64,000 nucleotides of DNA, taken from Mobula hypostoma. Taxonomy: Eukaryota. This document shows, one piece after another, positions 63,301-64,000 of the stretch. Every line of letters starts with the position of its first letter. The first letter of the stretch is position 1. Both the position numbers and the translations under genes were made by a program. The stretch covers positions 81,904,001 to 81,968,000 of the forward strand of contig NC_086108.1 in the NCBI RefSeq assembly GCF_963921235.1, read 5' to 3'. The notes beneath the pieces are model-generated. The model searched no databases. It was not told the DNA's origin and saw only the letters and a program-made list of their open reading frames with translations.

Positions 63301-64000
63301 TGTTGGTAGCAATAAAACCTGGTGGGATTTTGAAATAGTTTGGTGCTAACTTTCTGTGTATATACACAATGCTTTTACTATTGGATGTCCTATCCCTTTC
63401 GTGTACAGTGAATATTAATGCCTACAAGGTTATAATGCAGGTAAGAAATTCAGCATATTATAAGCTAATAAAATTCAGTTCAGCTATCACTCTAAACCTT
63501 TATTTATCCATTAAAGTGTGAATTACAAGCATTGATTATTCAGAATTATGAAAAATCTAACCTGCCAAAAAATGAAGTTCTATTCCAATGAAAGCAAGTT
63601 CCTTCACATATGCAGAATTGGGTTAATTGGATTTCATAATTACGAACTTTGTTCATAAGGAAACTTGCAATAGTCGATTTTCATTTTGACTGCATTTTAT
63701 TTCATCTGTTCTCTCCCTCTTCGGGCATTCACTGAGACTAAGGTGCTTGTAAACTTGTCCCTCCTCCAAGTTATTTCTATTTTCAGCATAATTGAGAAGA
63801 GAGGACATCAGATGATCTAATCAAGGTGAGCTCGTCTCCACAGTGAATCAATTCCAGTAAATACGTGATCTTTTTATGTCTTTCATCCAATGTGCTTGGG
63901 GGAAAATTCATGTGCACATTCAAATCTTGGGTTTTTCTATTCCGTAAACACCAGCCTCATTTTCAGAACTGTAATTACAATCTGTGTGTTTTAAAGGGTG

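Noticed and set aside
63787..63825. 39-nt + strand segment with good splice signals (tttcag| ... aag|gtgag)
   Set aside because: It has stops in all three frames and lies past the USP24 stop and poly(A) candidates. At most it is a non-coding exon, which the sequence alone cannot support.

Overview
This is vertebrate genomic DNA. The repeat repertoire points to a cartilaginous fish, probably a ray (inference). The + strand carries the last 15 coding exons of USP24 (ubiquitin-specific peptidase 24), from 1533 to a TAA stop at 53570. All have GT-AG boundaries and consistent phases and splice into one open frame of 463 aa. A long, repeat-poor putative 3' UTR follows, and the probable 3' end of a convergent minus-strand gene lies near 63.2 kb. 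The introns are packed with nested transposons. These include a near-complete CsRn1-like Gypsy element (47267-51620), an internally deleted Gypsy derivative with an odd chimeric ORF (3574-7645), a solo LTR, CR1/L2/RTE/Rex1 LINE fragments, two Tc1 elements and tRNA SINEs. There are also many Penelope-like (PLE) copies whose pseudo-LTRs carry minimal hammerhead ribozyme motifs. The most notable observations are a 29-nt x16 minisatellite apparently built from PLE sequence inside the target-site duplication of a PLE insertion, sense-strand hammerhead pairs within single USP24 introns, the CsRn1-lineage Gypsy in a vertebrate, and a 43-bp intronic hairpin. Most short ORFs in the supplied track are transposon fragments or spurious.
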